From the NCBI RefSeq assembly GCF_900083515.1, contig NZ_LT671858.1, positions 330,001 through 362,000 of the forward strand: DNA of 32,000 bases. The letters run 5' to 3'. The position numbers were made by a program, and so were the translations under genes. This DNA comes from Cuniculiplasma divulgatum (GTDB lineage Archaea; Thermoplasmatota; Thermoplasmata; Thermoplasmatales; Thermoplasmataceae). How positions within the stretch are numbered: position 1 is the stretch's first letter; each line of letters opens with the position of its first letter. Under the pieces are notes generated by a model, which had not been told where the DNA came from, did no database searches, and was given only the letters and a program-made list of their open reading frames with translations. Shown piece after piece: positions 8,192 to 17,496 of the stretch.

Positions 8192-8548
8192 ATGATAAAT
8201 AAGATTGAACCAATTATATTGTTTGTTAAAAATTTCGGCGAATGTAAGAGCTTCTACAGGGATAAGCTTGGCCTTAAGGAACAAAGTCCCTCCAACGACG
8301 AAAATTCTAATTTTGTAACATTTAGGCTCGCAAACATCACATTTTCCCTTCATGGTGGTTTCAAAGGCACACAAACAGGACCACTAAATATCCATTTCGT
8401 TACAGAAGATATTGAAGAAGAAGTAAGAAGATTAAAAAATTCAGGAGTAAGGTTCGTCAGAGAAATAGAGAATGTTCCATGGGGTGGAAAGGAGGCAGCG
8501 TTTATAGATCCTGATGGAAACGAAATGGATCTATATGAGCCCGCATAG
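8192..8548 (+). CDS. VOC (glyoxalase/bleomycin-resistance/dioxygenase) family protein
   Basis: IEPIILFVKNFGECKSFYRDKLGLK near the N-terminus and VPWGGKEAAFIDPDGNEMDLYEP at the C-terminus are typical VOC family ends. Length 118 aa. Confidence 0.8.
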   Translation: MINKIEPIILFVKNFGECKSFYRDKLGLKEQSPSNDENSNFVTFRLANITFSLHGGFKGTQTGPLNIHFVTEDIEEEVRRLKNSGVRFVREIENVPWGGKEAAFIDPDGNEMDLYEPA

Positions 8549-8656
8549 TTTTATCAGTAATAGGAGTTATAAATAAAACAATATCACTTTAGTAGATTTA
8601 GATTATTTTTCCACAATTGATCCAAAATATTGAATTTCCATTTAGCATTATGAATT

Positions 8657-9424
8657 ATGACAGATAAGAGCGAAAAAATAATACTTGTAACTGGAGGTTC
8701 TAAGGGAATAGGAAGGGCTATTGCAATTAAATTAGCAGAATCAGGATATACTGTTGCAATAACATATAACAAATCAGAAAAACAGGCTAAAGAATTATCA
8801 AATGCTTACAGTAACATCCACCCATTCCATGTTGATGTAACTGATCGGGAGCAGATAAGAATGATGGTGAAAGATATCCACGAGAAAATTGGCACACTGA
8901 GTGGAATTGTAAATGATGCTGGCATCTGGCATCTATTTCCCTTCGAGAAATTTGAGGAAGAAAAATATCAACAGATCATGGACACAAACCTTAAAGGTCC
9001 TGTATATGTGGTTCTGGAAACACTTAATGACCTGAAGATGAACAGGGGAACTATAGTTAATATAGCCTCCAATGCAGGTGTTGGAACCGCAGCAATGAAT
9101 ACAACATTCTACTCTGTATCAAAGGCTGCTCTCATTATGCTGACAAAAAGAATGGCCCTAGAGTTTGAATCATATGGAATCCGTGCAAATGCTGTTGCCC
9201 CAGGATGGATCAAAACGGATCTTACAGTAGGAGGAAAGACAGGCGAAGAGGTAAAAGAACTTGAGGAAAGCTTCATTTCCAGGTCAACAGTAAAAAGAAC
9301 CGGAAAGCCAGAAGATGTGGCGGAGCTTGTTGCATATCTTTTATCAGATGTATCAGAATTCATGAATGGACAGGTTCTTGTGATAGATGGGGGTAGAAAG
9401 GATAATCTTACCCATTCTATCTAA
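8657..9424 (+). CDS. Short-chain dehydrogenase/reductase (FabG-like SDR)
   Basis: VTGGSKGIGRAIA is the TGxxxGxG motif. NIASNAG and YSVSKAA (YxxxK) are present, and the C-terminus is GQVLVIDGG. Confidence 0.9.
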   Translation: MTDKSEKIILVTGGSKGIGRAIAIKLAESGYTVAITYNKSEKQAKELSNAYSNIHPFHVDVTDREQIRMMVKDIHEKIGTLSGIVNDAGIWHLFPFEKFEEEKYQQIMDTNLKGPVYVVLETLNDLKMNRGTIVNIASNAGVGTAAMNTTFYSVSKAALIMLTKRMALEFESYGIRANAVAPGWIKTDLTVGGKTGEEVKELEESFISRSTVKRTGKPEDVAELVAYLLSDVSEFMNGQVLVIDGGRKDNLTHSI

Positions 9425-9425
9425 A

Positions 9426-10112
9426 TCAGTTTTTTCCAGTTTGTGACTTTTTCATTTCATCTTTCTTCTTTTTTTGAGTTTTAAAAAACTTACAGTATTC
9501 TGAAACATTACACTGTTCGCATTTTGGTCCTACCGGCCTGCATATTTTCTTGCCGAACTCTACCATCATGGGATTCAGACCTAACCAAAGTTTTTCTGGA
9601 ATAAGAGACCTCAATTTCATTTCAGTAACATCTGGGTCACTGGAATCAGACCATCCAATCCTCGTGCTTATTCTCTGCACATGGGTATCAACCGCGATTG
9701 CCGGTATTCCAAAGCCATCAGATAAAACCACATTCGCAGTCTTCCTACCAACACCCTTAATCTCGGTAAGTTCTTCAATTGATCTTGGAACCTGACAGTT
9801 ATACCTATTCTTAAGATACTTTGCCGCCTCTATAACTCTTGCAGCCTTTACAGTTTTAAAGCCGACCTTATTAATGATGGTTAAAACATCATCATACTCA
9901 GCTTTTGATAATCCATTACAGTCATGATACCTTTCATACAGACCTCTTGCTGCCTTATCCGTAACCTCGTCTTTCGTTCTGTGGGACATTATGGTGGTAA
10001 TAAGAACCCAGAAGGGATCAGAGAACTCAAAGTGGTGTGGTGGGCTTTGCTGTTCCATAAGTTCAATAATTCTGGAAACGTTTGCCTTATCATCTCCTCT
10101 ATTGGAAACCAT
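9426..10112 (-). CDS. nth: Endonuclease III (HhH-GPD DNA glycosylase with 4Fe-4S cluster)
   Basis: IKGVGRKTANVVL is the HhH motif, VDTHVQRIS is present, and the C-terminal cluster is CRPVGPKCEQCNVSEYC. Confidence 0.92.
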   Translation of the reverse strand: MVSNRGDDKANVSRIIELMEQQSPPHHFEFSDPFWVLITTIMSHRTKDEVTDKAARGLYERYHDCNGLSKAEYDDVLTIINKVGFKTVKAARVIEAAKYLKNRYNCQVPRSIEELTEIKGVGRKTANVVLSDGFGIPAIAVDTHVQRISTRIGWSDSSDPDVTEMKLRSLIPEKLWLGLNPMMVEFGKKICRPVGPKCEQCNVSEYCKFFKTQKKKKDEMKKSQTGKN

Positions 10113-10159
10113 GGAAATGTAAATATAAACTATTTATTAAGTTAAGTGCATACAGACCC

Positions 10160-11095
10160 ATGGAAGGTTATGATTTCCTGATTATAGGTTCTGGAATAAC
10201 AGGAATCAACATTGGAATGGAGCTCACAAAAAAAGGTTTCAAAACACTTAACATAGACAGGTCTATGGATCTTGGATATCCTGTTTCTGGAAGTTGTTTC
10301 ATTTCCCTCAGTGTATTCAACCAATATTTCAGGAGTTATGAAGAACATGTAAACGGAATTTTCTCATCCATAATTATCAAAGATGAGAATTCTGAGGAAG
10401 AAATTTCTCTTTCCGCTGAAAAAAAAATAGTAAGCATGGACAGGGAAAAGATTGTGCGTCAGATGGCAACCGATCTCTCTCAGATTGGTGGAAAAATCAG
10501 CATAGCATCAACAATGAATACATATAATCTTGCTGAAAACGGCAGGCTGAGGGTAAATCTGAAAAGGGAAGGAAAGGATACATCTGCTGAAATAGGAAAG
10601 ATAATCCTTGCAACTGGAAATCCTGAGGAGAGTTCCATCAGGCATGATAAAAATTGTAAATTTACCAGATCGCGTTCAGTTTATTCAAGGGGAAAACTTG
10701 GGAAATTTCCTGTGGAAAGTTTCAGGGTTGCCATAAATAAGGATATGGTTTCCATAGAGGCAATATATATGGGCTCTAGAGAAGTACTTCAGATAAATCA
10801 GGAACAGGAGGCTGTAGCCGGGGCAGAGGCTACATTCAGGTACGGTACACTGAAACATAGTTGCTTTCCGCAAACTGATCCTGATATTATTGCATCAGGA
10901 AATATGCTTGGAACGGCAAATCTCACAGGTACAGGAATAGGATTTTCCATGGATTATAACCAGTTCCTGATTGACAGAATTTCAGGAGACAGGGAAGAAC
11001 TACTGGAAAAATATAACTCAATGAATCTAAAAAATGACTTCACAAGAATGGATCTGGTTGACTCTATACTTCACAGGATACCCGTATATTCCTAA
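10160..11095 (+). CDS. FAD/NAD(P)-binding oxidoreductase-like protein (specific function unknown)
   Basis: The ATG at 10160 gives MEGYDFLIIGSGITGINIGMEL, a GxGxxG Rossmann start. The track's 10082 start would overlap nth. I recognise nothing further. Confidence 0.55.
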   Translation: MEGYDFLIIGSGITGINIGMELTKKGFKTLNIDRSMDLGYPVSGSCFISLSVFNQYFRSYEEHVNGIFSSIIIKDENSEEEISLSAEKKIVSMDREKIVRQMATDLSQIGGKISIASTMNTYNLAENGRLRVNLKREGKDTSAEIGKIILATGNPEESSIRHDKNCKFTRSRSVYSRGKLGKFPVESFRVAINKDMVSIEAIYMGSREVLQINQEQEAVAGAEATFRYGTLKHSCFPQTDPDIIASGNMLGTANLTGTGIGFSMDYNQFLIDRISGDREELLEKYNSMNLKNDFTRMDLVDSILHRIPVYS

Positions 11096-12453
11096 TCCTC
11101 GAACTCCTTTAGCAGATCAGGATTACCCTTCATTTGCCCCCTCATCATTTTCTTAAGGGCACGGTTACCCTTCATCATTTTGGCATTTTCCTTCATGGCC
11201 CTGAACTCCTTCAGGAGGTTTCTGACGTCCTGCTCCTGAGTTCCAGAACCTCTGGACACTCTTCTGATAACCTTTGCATTTATTATTTCAGGGTTCTCAA
11301 GTTCTTTGTAGGTCATAGAATCAAGGATGACTGTATATTTACCTATTTTTTCCTGTGCTGCATCAAGATCAAGCATATTACTCGCTCCCTTTGGCATCTT
11401 TCCAACGGGAATTGAATCAAAAAGTCTCTTCATCAGTGAAGGTTTCGCGAACTTTTCCCATATATCGTACATATCCATGAGGTTAAATTTTCCACTCATG
11501 ATCTTTGTCATGGTCTCTTCAGCTTTTTCGTCACTTATGTCTGCCTCCTGTGCAACATCAAGTAAGGCTTCTGGGTCTCCCATGCCAAGAAGTCTTCCAA
11601 GGAATTTCTTCGGGCTGAATATTTCAAAATCCTCCAGATGTTCTCCAGTTCCGATCATGTAGACAGGCACTCCAGTCTGTGCAACGGCGCTAAGCGCTCC
11701 TCCTGCCTTTCCCGTTCCATCCATTTTAGTAATAATTACACCAGTGAGACCTGTTGCATCCATTAGGGATTTAGCCTGCGGTCCAGCCTGCTGACCGACT
11801 GTTGCATCAATCACCAGGAGAACTTCGTCAGGGTTAACAGTTTTCTTTAGCTTAGTGATTTCATCCAAAAGGTCGCTATCCAGTGAATCTCGTCCACTGG
11901 TATCAACAATCTTTACCTGAATATCCTTTAATTCCTCAATGGATTGATTGAATATCTTTACTGGATTCTTCTCTCCCTTTATACCAAAGAACTTGGCTCC
12001 TGTTTGCTCTGACAGGGTCCTTAACTGCTCAAATGCAGCCGGCCTGTGTACATCACAGGCAACAAATCCTGTAGAGAGACCCTTCTTTATAAAGAATCTT
12101 GCAAGCTTTCCAGCAGTGGTTGTTTTTCCCTGACCATACAGACCAACAAGCATTATTGTCTGGGGCTGTATCTTCAGGTTTGATGATTTTCCCAGGATAG
12201 CGAGCAGTTCCTCATAAACAATTTTTAAAATGTAGTCCTGTGGAGTCATTCCCGCTGGTGGTTTCTCATTTTCTGATCGTTCTTCTATCTTCCTGCTGAG
12301 ATCAAGCGTAAGTTTGACATTCACGTCTGCTTTAAGAAGAGCCCTCTGAATATCCCTTATCATCTCCTTAATTACATTTTTGTCAATGTAACTGGAGCCA
12401 GTTATCTTCCTGAAAGTTTCTCTCAGTGAGCTTGATAAATTATCCAGGGCCAA
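11092..12453 (-). CDS. srp54: Signal recognition particle protein SRP54
   Basis: GLYGQGKTTTAGKLA (P-loop), DTSGR and TKMDG are present, with a Met-rich C-terminal M domain. TTG start, 12 nt downstream of the TFS stop. Confidence 0.95.
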   Translation of the reverse strand: MALDNLSSSLRETFRKITGSSYIDKNVIKEMIRDIQRALLKADVNVKLTLDLSRKIEERSENEKPPAGMTPQDYILKIVYEELLAILGKSSNLKIQPQTIMLVGLYGQGKTTTAGKLARFFIKKGLSTGFVACDVHRPAAFEQLRTLSEQTGAKFFGIKGEKNPVKIFNQSIEELKDIQVKIVDTSGRDSLDSDLLDEITKLKKTVNPDEVLLVIDATVGQQAGPQAKSLMDATGLTGVIITKMDGTGKAGGALSAVAQTGVPVYMIGTGEHLEDFEIFSPKKFLGRLLGMGDPEALLDVAQEADISDEKAEETMTKIMSGKFNLMDMYDIWEKFAKPSLMKRLFDSIPVGKMPKGASNMLDLDAAQEKIGKYTVILDSMTYKELENPEIINAKVIRRVSRGSGTQEQDVRNLLKEFRAMKENAKMMKGNRALKKMMRGQMKGNPDLLKEFED

Positions 12454-12465
12454 TGCATGTCACCC

Positions 12466-12771
12466 CTAATACTCTCTCCACCTGTGGCCACATTTAGCGC
12501 AGGTATATATTGCCGTCTCGGGTTCATCTGCCGCCCTTGTCTGCTTCAGAACATAGTAGGCACCTTTATTTCCACACTTTGGGCATACTGCCTCCGAATC
12601 AAGAGGTTCAATATGAACCTCCTCTTTAATCATCACAACATCCTTTTCAGTACTCTTTGCAACAACCTTTCCATCCATTTTTCTGTTACCCTTTTCCTCA
12701 TGTCCACAAACGGGGCATATATTCTTGTCTCTTCCTGGTATTATAAGTGATCCGCATTTTGAGCAAAACAT
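12466..12771 (-). CDS. tfs: Transcription factor S (TFS / RpoM-like, TFIIS C-terminal zinc ribbon)
   Basis: MFCSKCGSL...CPVCG forms the N-terminal zinc ribbon. CPKCGNKGAYYVLKQTRAADEPETAIYTCAKCGHRW contains the acidic-loop DE motif. The ATG at 12771 is preferred over the GTG at 12777. Confidence 0.92.
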   Translation of the reverse strand: MFCSKCGSLIIPGRDKNICPVCGHEEKGNRKMDGKVVAKSTEKDVVMIKEEVHIEPLDSEAVCPKCGNKGAYYVLKQTRAADEPETAIYTCAKCGHRWREY

Positions 12772-12859
12772 AATCACATATATCCTGTCCTGATATTTGT
12801 CAATTGCTACATGATTTTGCTTTTCACATGATCATCTGCCACCTATTCAACTATGAAAA

Positions 12860-12871
12860 TTTATTTTAATA
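12860..12871 (+). promoter_or_regulatory. TATA-box-like element upstream of SBDS gene
   Basis: TTTATTTTAATA is centred about 23 nt upstream of ATG 12889. This fits a leaderless first gene of the operon. Confidence 0.45.
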
Positions 12872-12888
12872 GTTTAGCATGTGCATGC

Positions 12889-13578
12889 ATGGTAAAACTT
12901 GATGATGCCATCATAGCAAGGCTTGAGCATGCTGGGCATAAGTTTGAGATTCTGGTGGATCCGGATGCAGTAGAAAGAATCAGGGAGGGAAAACTGGACG
13001 TGGAAAATGATCTTGCCTCTGAGGACATATTCAAGGATGCCAGAAAGGGAGAAAAGGCTGGAGAAGAAGCCATAAAGGAGGTATTCAAGACAGATGATAT
13101 CTTAAAAATAGTACCTGAAATAATAAAACGTGGACAGATACAGCTCACAACAGAACAGAAGCATAAAATGGTGGAGACCAAGAGAAAGATCATTATAAAT
13201 ACAATATCAAGGGAAAGCATAAATCCACAAACAAATGCTCCTAACCCGCCGGCAAGGATTGAAGCTGCAATGGAAGAGGCAAAGATCCATATAGATCCAT
13301 TTAAACCAGTGAACGAACAGATAAACATGGTACTGAAAGAATTAAAGCCAATCATACCAATAAGAATGGAGAAAGTAAAGCTTGCAATAAAGGTCAAGGG
13401 TGATGCCTACGGGAGAATGTATGGCGATATAAGCCATGAAGGGCAAATACTTAAGGAAGAGTGGGGTAAGGATGGTAACTGGATGTGTGTTATTGAAGTG
13501 CCTGCGGGTATGTATGGAGATATAATATCATCTCTGGGGAGAAAGGGTAAGGACGATATAGATATAAGAAAAATATAA
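12889..13578 (+). CDS. sdo1: SBDS-family ribosome maturation protein
   Basis: MVKLDDAIIARLEHAGHKFEILVDPD is the typical archaeal SBDS N-terminus. The gene sits in the conserved position upstream of the exosome genes. The ATG at 12889 is preferred over 12853. Confidence 0.88.
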   Translation: MVKLDDAIIARLEHAGHKFEILVDPDAVERIREGKLDVENDLASEDIFKDARKGEKAGEEAIKEVFKTDDILKIVPEIIKRGQIQLTTEQKHKMVETKRKIIINTISRESINPQTNAPNPPARIEAAMEEAKIHIDPFKPVNEQINMVLKELKPIIPIRMEKVKLAIKVKGDAYGRMYGDISHEGQILKEEWGKDGNWMCVIEVPAGMYGDIISSLGRKGKDDIDIRKI

Positions 13579-13742
13579 GGGAAATAAATTTCTTTATAGT
13601 TCAGTTGAAAAAATTAAAGAAACAATATATAAGAAGTTTTCATTGCCCTGTTAAAGAGAGATGAAATAGACAAAATGCAAAACGTATTAATTACGATGAG
13701 AAATAAAGGATGTGATTTAAGACGAGAGAGATAAAAGAGATT

Positions 13743-14417
13743 GTGTTTCCAGGAGATGATATTGATCCAGGAAACCTTAAACCAAGAAATGGCGTGCACA
13801 GATGTGCTGACGGGAAGTTAACTTCACAGTATTTTGGAGTGATTCAGAAAGGGGAGGAGTATATAGACATAGTACCGTTTAATGGCAGCTATTTCCCAAG
13901 GCGTGGTGACAAGGTAATAGGAAAGATAATGGAAGTAGGTCCATCAATGTGGACAGTGGACATAAAATCGCCTTACATGACAATGCTTCACATGAATGAT
14001 ACACCTTGGAGAACCATATCTGGAGACCTGAAGAAATTCCTAACAACTGGTGACTATGTGTATGCCAAGGTAATGAATGTAAACGAAATAAAGGAAAGCT
14101 GGATTACGCTGAAGGAACCTGGAATTGGATTAAGAAAGCTGGAAGGGGGCCACATAATGGCAATTCCAGCTCCAAAGGTACCAAGAATCATAGGAAAGAA
14201 CGGTTCTATGGTCAATATGGTCAAGGATGCAACATTCACAAGGATTGTCATAGGACAGAATGGGCTCATTTGGATAGATGGACTCCCAGAAAATGTGATT
14301 GTCGCTTCAGAGGCAATAGCTCTAATAGAAAGTGAGGCACACGCAACAGGACTTACTGACAGAATTACGGAATTTTTGAAAAGTAAAAAAGGTGAAATAA
14401 ATGGGAACACCCAGTGA
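13743..14417 (+). CDS. rrp4: Exosome complex RNA-binding subunit Rrp4 (S1 + KH domains)
   Basis: FPGDDI N-terminus, GDKVIGKIMEVGPSMWTVDI (S1 domain) and PRIIGKNGSMVNMV (KH GxxG). GTG is the only plausible start in frame after the stop at 13713. Confidence 0.9.
   Translation: MFPGDDIDPGNLKPRNGVHRCADGKLTSQYFGVIQKGEEYIDIVPFNGSYFPRRGDKVIGKIMEVGPSMWTVDIKSPYMTMLHMNDTPWRTISGDLKKFLTTGDYVYAKVMNVNEIKESWITLKEPGIGLRKLEGGHIMAIPAPKVPRIIGKNGSMVNMVKDATFTRIVIGQNGLIWIDGLPENVIVASEAIALIESEAHATGLTDRITEFLKSKKGEINGNTQ
14391..14395 (+). promoter_or_regulatory. Shine-Dalgarno-like GGTGA before rrp41
   Basis: GGTGA lies 5 nt upstream of ATG 14401, inside the end of rrp4. Confidence 0.5.
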
Positions 14418-15153
14418 TAAGAAACTGATAAATGAAAATGGATTGAGGCTTGATGGAAGAGGAGACGAAGAACTGAGGCCAATCAAAATATCGACGGATA
14501 TTCTTGAAAGAGCAGATGGAAGTGCCTTTATGGAATGGGGTGGAAATAAGATACTGGTAGCGGTTTATGGTCCAAGAGAAGCATACCCTAAGCACACGCA
14601 GGACATTGAAAAGAGTGTTGTAAAAGCAAGATACAATATGGCAGCATTTTCAGTGGACGAAAGAAAAAGACCAGGACCTGACAGGAGATCAACTGAAATT
14701 TCCAAGGTAATTTCAGAAGCGTTAAGTGCAGCTGTTATGGTGGAACAGTTTCCGAGAACACAGATTGATGTATTTATAGAGGTTATACAGGCAGATGCCG
14801 GTACAAGAATTGCGAGCCTTACAGCTGCTTCAGTTGCTCTTGCCTCGGCAGGCATACCCATGAGGGACATGGTTGTAGGTTGTTCAGCAGGAAAGGTAGA
14901 AGACAGAATCGTTCTTGATCTTTCTAAGGACGAGGACAACTTTGGGCAGGCAGATCTTCCCATGGCGGTGCTTTCAAAGAACAAACAGGTTGTTCTAATT
15001 CAGATGGATGGAGACCTGTCTAAGGAAGAATTCGTCAGGGCTACTGATATGATAATGAAGGCCACAGATAGAATAGCCGAGATTCAGAGAAAGGCACTTT
15101 CTGAAAAATATAAAATAGAGAATCTATCAGAATCACAGAACGGAGGTGAATAA
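14401..15153 (+). CDS. rrp41: Exosome catalytic subunit Rrp41 (RNase PH domain)
   Basis: LRLDGRGDEELRPIKI and DAGTRIASLTAASVALA form the phosphate-binding region. It overlaps rrp4 by 17 nt. Confidence 0.93.
   Translation: MGTPSDKKLINENGLRLDGRGDEELRPIKISTDILERADGSAFMEWGGNKILVAVYGPREAYPKHTQDIEKSVVKARYNMAAFSVDERKRPGPDRRSTEISKVISEALSAAVMVEQFPRTQIDVFIEVIQADAGTRIASLTAASVALASAGIPMRDMVVGCSAGKVEDRIVLDLSKDEDNFGQADLPMAVLSKNKQVVLIQMDGDLSKEEFVRATDMIMKATDRIAEIQRKALSEKYKIENLSESQNGGE
15142..15149 (+). promoter_or_regulatory. Shine-Dalgarno GGAGGTGA before rrp42
   Basis: GGAGGTGA lies 4 nt upstream of ATG 15154. Confidence 0.6.
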
Positions 15154-15939
15154 ATGCCTAAAGATGCAAGTGGAATCTTGTCAGAGATAAAGAAGGGTTA
15201 CATAAGTAAAAAGTTGAAAGAAGGAACAAGGGCAGATCAGAGAAAGCTCGATGAATTTAGAACAATAAGGATAGAGCCAAATTTCATTCCAAGAGCTCAG
15301 GGTTCAGCATTTGTGAACCTCGGAAAAACGAAAGTTCTGGTAGGTGTCAAGGTAGAATCAGGCGAGCCATTTCCAGATACGCCAAATCAGGGAGTTCTGA
15401 CAACTAATGTTGAAATGTTGCCAATGGCATTCCCCACATTTGAACCTGGACCACCAAATGAGGAATCCATAGAGATTGCCAGAGTTGTGGACAGGGGTAT
15501 AAGGGAAAGCAAAATGATAGATCTCGAAAAGCTTTGCGTTGAGCCGGGTAAGAAAGTCATGATTGTTTTCGTGGATATTGATGTTCTGGATTATGATGGA
15601 AATCTGATAGATGCATGCACAATGGGCGTAGTGACTGCTCTGCACACCGCCACATACAGGGTTGATGAAGCATCACCGGAAACAAAGTTGCCAGTCAGGT
15701 CAATGCCAGTATCAGTTACAATGGCAAAAATCGATGATGAACTTGTATGCGATCCTGACGTTGAAGAAGAACAGATGTCTGATGCAAGATTAACCGTAAC
15801 ATTTACAGAAGATGGGCACATAAGAGCGATGCAAAAGGGTAACTCTGGTTCATTTTCCATGGATCAGATTAAAAAGGGTATTGACATGTCGGAAGTAGTC
15901 GGGAATAAAATAAGGGAATACATCAAACAGGTGATTTAA
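15154..15939 (+). CDS. rrp42: Exosome subunit Rrp42 (inactive RNase PH-like)
   Basis: [40 protein letters not shown]. It starts on the nucleotide after the rrp41 stop. Confidence 0.92.
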   Translation: MPKDASGILSEIKKGYISKKLKEGTRADQRKLDEFRTIRIEPNFIPRAQGSAFVNLGKTKVLVGVKVESGEPFPDTPNQGVLTTNVEMLPMAFPTFEPGPPNEESIEIARVVDRGIRESKMIDLEKLCVEPGKKVMIVFVDIDVLDYDGNLIDACTMGVVTALHTATYRVDEASPETKLPVRSMPVSVTMAKIDDELVCDPDVEEEQMSDARLTVTFTEDGHIRAMQKGNSGSFSMDQIKKGIDMSEVVGNKIREYIKQVI

Positions 15940-15940
15940 A

Positions 15941-16201
15941 ATGTCAAGAAGAACTCTGAAAGTTGGACCAGCGGGCAGATTCGGCCCAAGATACGGTGTC
16001 ACAGTAAGGAAGGTATGGAGCGAGATATATAAGCAGAAGAAGGCCAGATATGAATGCCCCAAATGCAAGCAGTTGAAGGTTGTTAGGATAGCATCAGGAA
16101 TATGGAACTGCAGACACTGTGGTTACAAATTCGCTGGTGGATCCTACAATCCAGAATTCTCACAGAGAGTAAAAGAGGAACTGGTAGACAATGCAGTATA
16201 A
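15941..16201 (+). CDS. rpl37ae: 50S ribosomal protein L37Ae (eL43)
   Basis: [16 protein letters not shown], then the zinc ribbon CPKC...[13 protein letters not shown]. Confidence 0.95.
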   Translation: MSRRTLKVGPAGRFGPRYGVTVRKVWSEIYKQKKARYECPKCKQLKVVRIASGIWNCRHCGYKFAGGSYNPEFSQRVKEELVDNAV

Positions 16202-16325
16202 GTGTATTAGATGCGGCAGAATTCTGGAGAAGTCACTTGGAACCAATGAAATAGAATGTGAATGTGGTTCCAGGGTTTTCCTGAAAGAAAGACCAAATGT
16301 GGAAAAAGAAGTAAACTCAAGATGA
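16191..16325 (+). CDS. rpoP: DNA-directed RNA polymerase subunit P (Rpo12), 44 aa; not in the supplied ORF track
   Basis: My translation is [44 protein letters not shown]. It shows YKCxxCG...CxCGSR..LKxR, the RpoP zinc-ribbon pattern. The gene sits in the conserved position after rpl37ae and overlaps it by 11 nt. Confidence 0.85.
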   Translation: MQYKCIRCGRILEKSLGTNEIECECGSRVFLKERPNVEKEVNSR

Positions 16326-16328
16326 GTA

Positions 16329-17492
16329 GTGGGGATGGATAAATTCACCCAGCTATCCAACGAAAAACTATGTATCAGGTGTGCCGGCAGGATTTTTGCA
16401 ACTGTCGGTCACACAATGACAAATTTGGATCGTGGAAATCAGATTTTATTCACATCAAGATGTTTTGGATACGAACTCATTTTTGTTGAAGAAAAATCCT
16501 GTTCTTTGTGCTCAGGAATATTTCTTGAGATCCCAAAATACGCAGGTGAAATTCAAAAAAGGTTATCTGATTATGAATACAGAACGATCCTTATAGGATC
16601 TTCATTTCCTGCCAGTATACTGGAAAAAGAAAGGATACTGCAGGAGAAATATGGCAATCTAGGAGAACCAATAAAAAAAGAGTTCAGTCGTGAACTGGGG
16701 AAATATTATATGGATATGACTGGAAAAGAATTTGATAGAAGTGATCCAGATATAATGGCAAAGGTTAACACAGAATATATGTCAATAGAATTTCAGATAA
16801 AATCTCTCCTTATCTATGGTATATACAGAAAGAATATACGTGGCATTCCTCAAACAAGATGGATTAAATACTCTGAAAAAACAGATACAGTTGAATCCAT
16901 AATCGGTGATCAGATCAAGATTATGGGGAACGGAAAAGACTATGCCCTGCATGGGGCTGGAAGGGAGGATGTGGATGTAAGAATGCTTGGTAATGGGAGA
17001 GAATTCGTAATAGAGCTAACAGAGCCAAGAATAAGAAACATAAACCTTGAAAAGTTAACAGAGAACATTAATAAAACAAATCTTGGAGTTACAGTTTCAT
17101 CCATGAGGCCCTCAAGCAGGGAAGAAATTAAAAACATAAAAGACGAGAAGCACTACAAGATATACCGTGCAAAACTGGAATCAGAAAAACCTGTTTCATG
17201 CGAAGAATTAAAGGAGATATGTAAGGAATTTAACGGGAAAGTTATATATCAAAGGACACCATTACGAGTTAGCAGTTCAAGATCTGATATTGTAAGAGAG
17301 AGAAAGATATCGGAAATGTCAGTGGAATGCGGTGAAAATGGTGATCATGTATTAACCATTGAAGCAGAAGCTGGAACATATATCAAGGAACTTGTCAGTG
17401 GAGATGGGGGTAGAACAAAGCCAAGTCTTGCTGAGAAGCTAGGTACTGAGATAAGGATCAGAGAACTGGACGTAATAATGATCAAAAGGTGA
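16329..17492 (+). CDS. pus10: tRNA pseudouridine(54/55) synthase Pus10
   Basis: The N-terminus has a zinc motif CIRCAGR...CSLCSG. The catalytic core is GREDVDVRMLGNGREFVIE, and TPLRV is present. Start is GTG 16329 or ATG 16335. Confidence 0.88.
   Translation: MGMDKFTQLSNEKLCIRCAGRIFATVGHTMTNLDRGNQILFTSRCFGYELIFVEEKSCSLCSGIFLEIPKYAGEIQKRLSDYEYRTILIGSSFPASILEKERILQEKYGNLGEPIKKEFSRELGKYYMDMTGKEFDRSDPDIMAKVNTEYMSIEFQIKSLLIYGIYRKNIRGIPQTRWIKYSEKTDTVESIIGDQIKIMGNGKDYALHGAGREDVDVRMLGNGREFVIELTEPRIRNINLEKLTENINKTNLGVTVSSMRPSSREEIKNIKDEKHYKIYRAKLESEKPVSCEELKEICKEFNGKVIYQRTPLRVSSSRSDIVRERKISEMSVECGENGDHVLTIEAEAGTYIKELVSGDGGRTKPSLAEKLGTEIRIRELDVIMIKR
17487..17492 (+). promoter_or_regulatory. Shine-Dalgarno AGGTGA before rpl21e
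   Basis: AGGTGA lies 4 nt upstream of ATG 17497 and overlaps the pus10 stop. Confidence 0.55.
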
Positions 17493-17496
17493 AAAA

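Noticed and set aside
7940-8374. 144-aa minus-strand ORF spanning the end of the MBL-like gene, the spacer and the start of the VOC gene
   Set aside because: It overlaps two better-supported plus-strand genes, has no recognisable motif, and is Cys/Phe-rich with odd composition.
10082-10159. N-terminal extension of the FAD-protein ORF
   Set aside because: It overlaps the start of nth on the other strand and precedes the canonical GxGxxG N-terminus, which begins at ATG 10160.
12861-14984. Minus-strand ORFs 12861-13397, 14054-14482 and 14565-14984 (139-178 aa)
   Set aside because: They are antisense to SBDS, rrp4 and rrp41, all of which have unambiguous family motifs. The antisense products are low-complexity Ser/Phe/Ile-rich.
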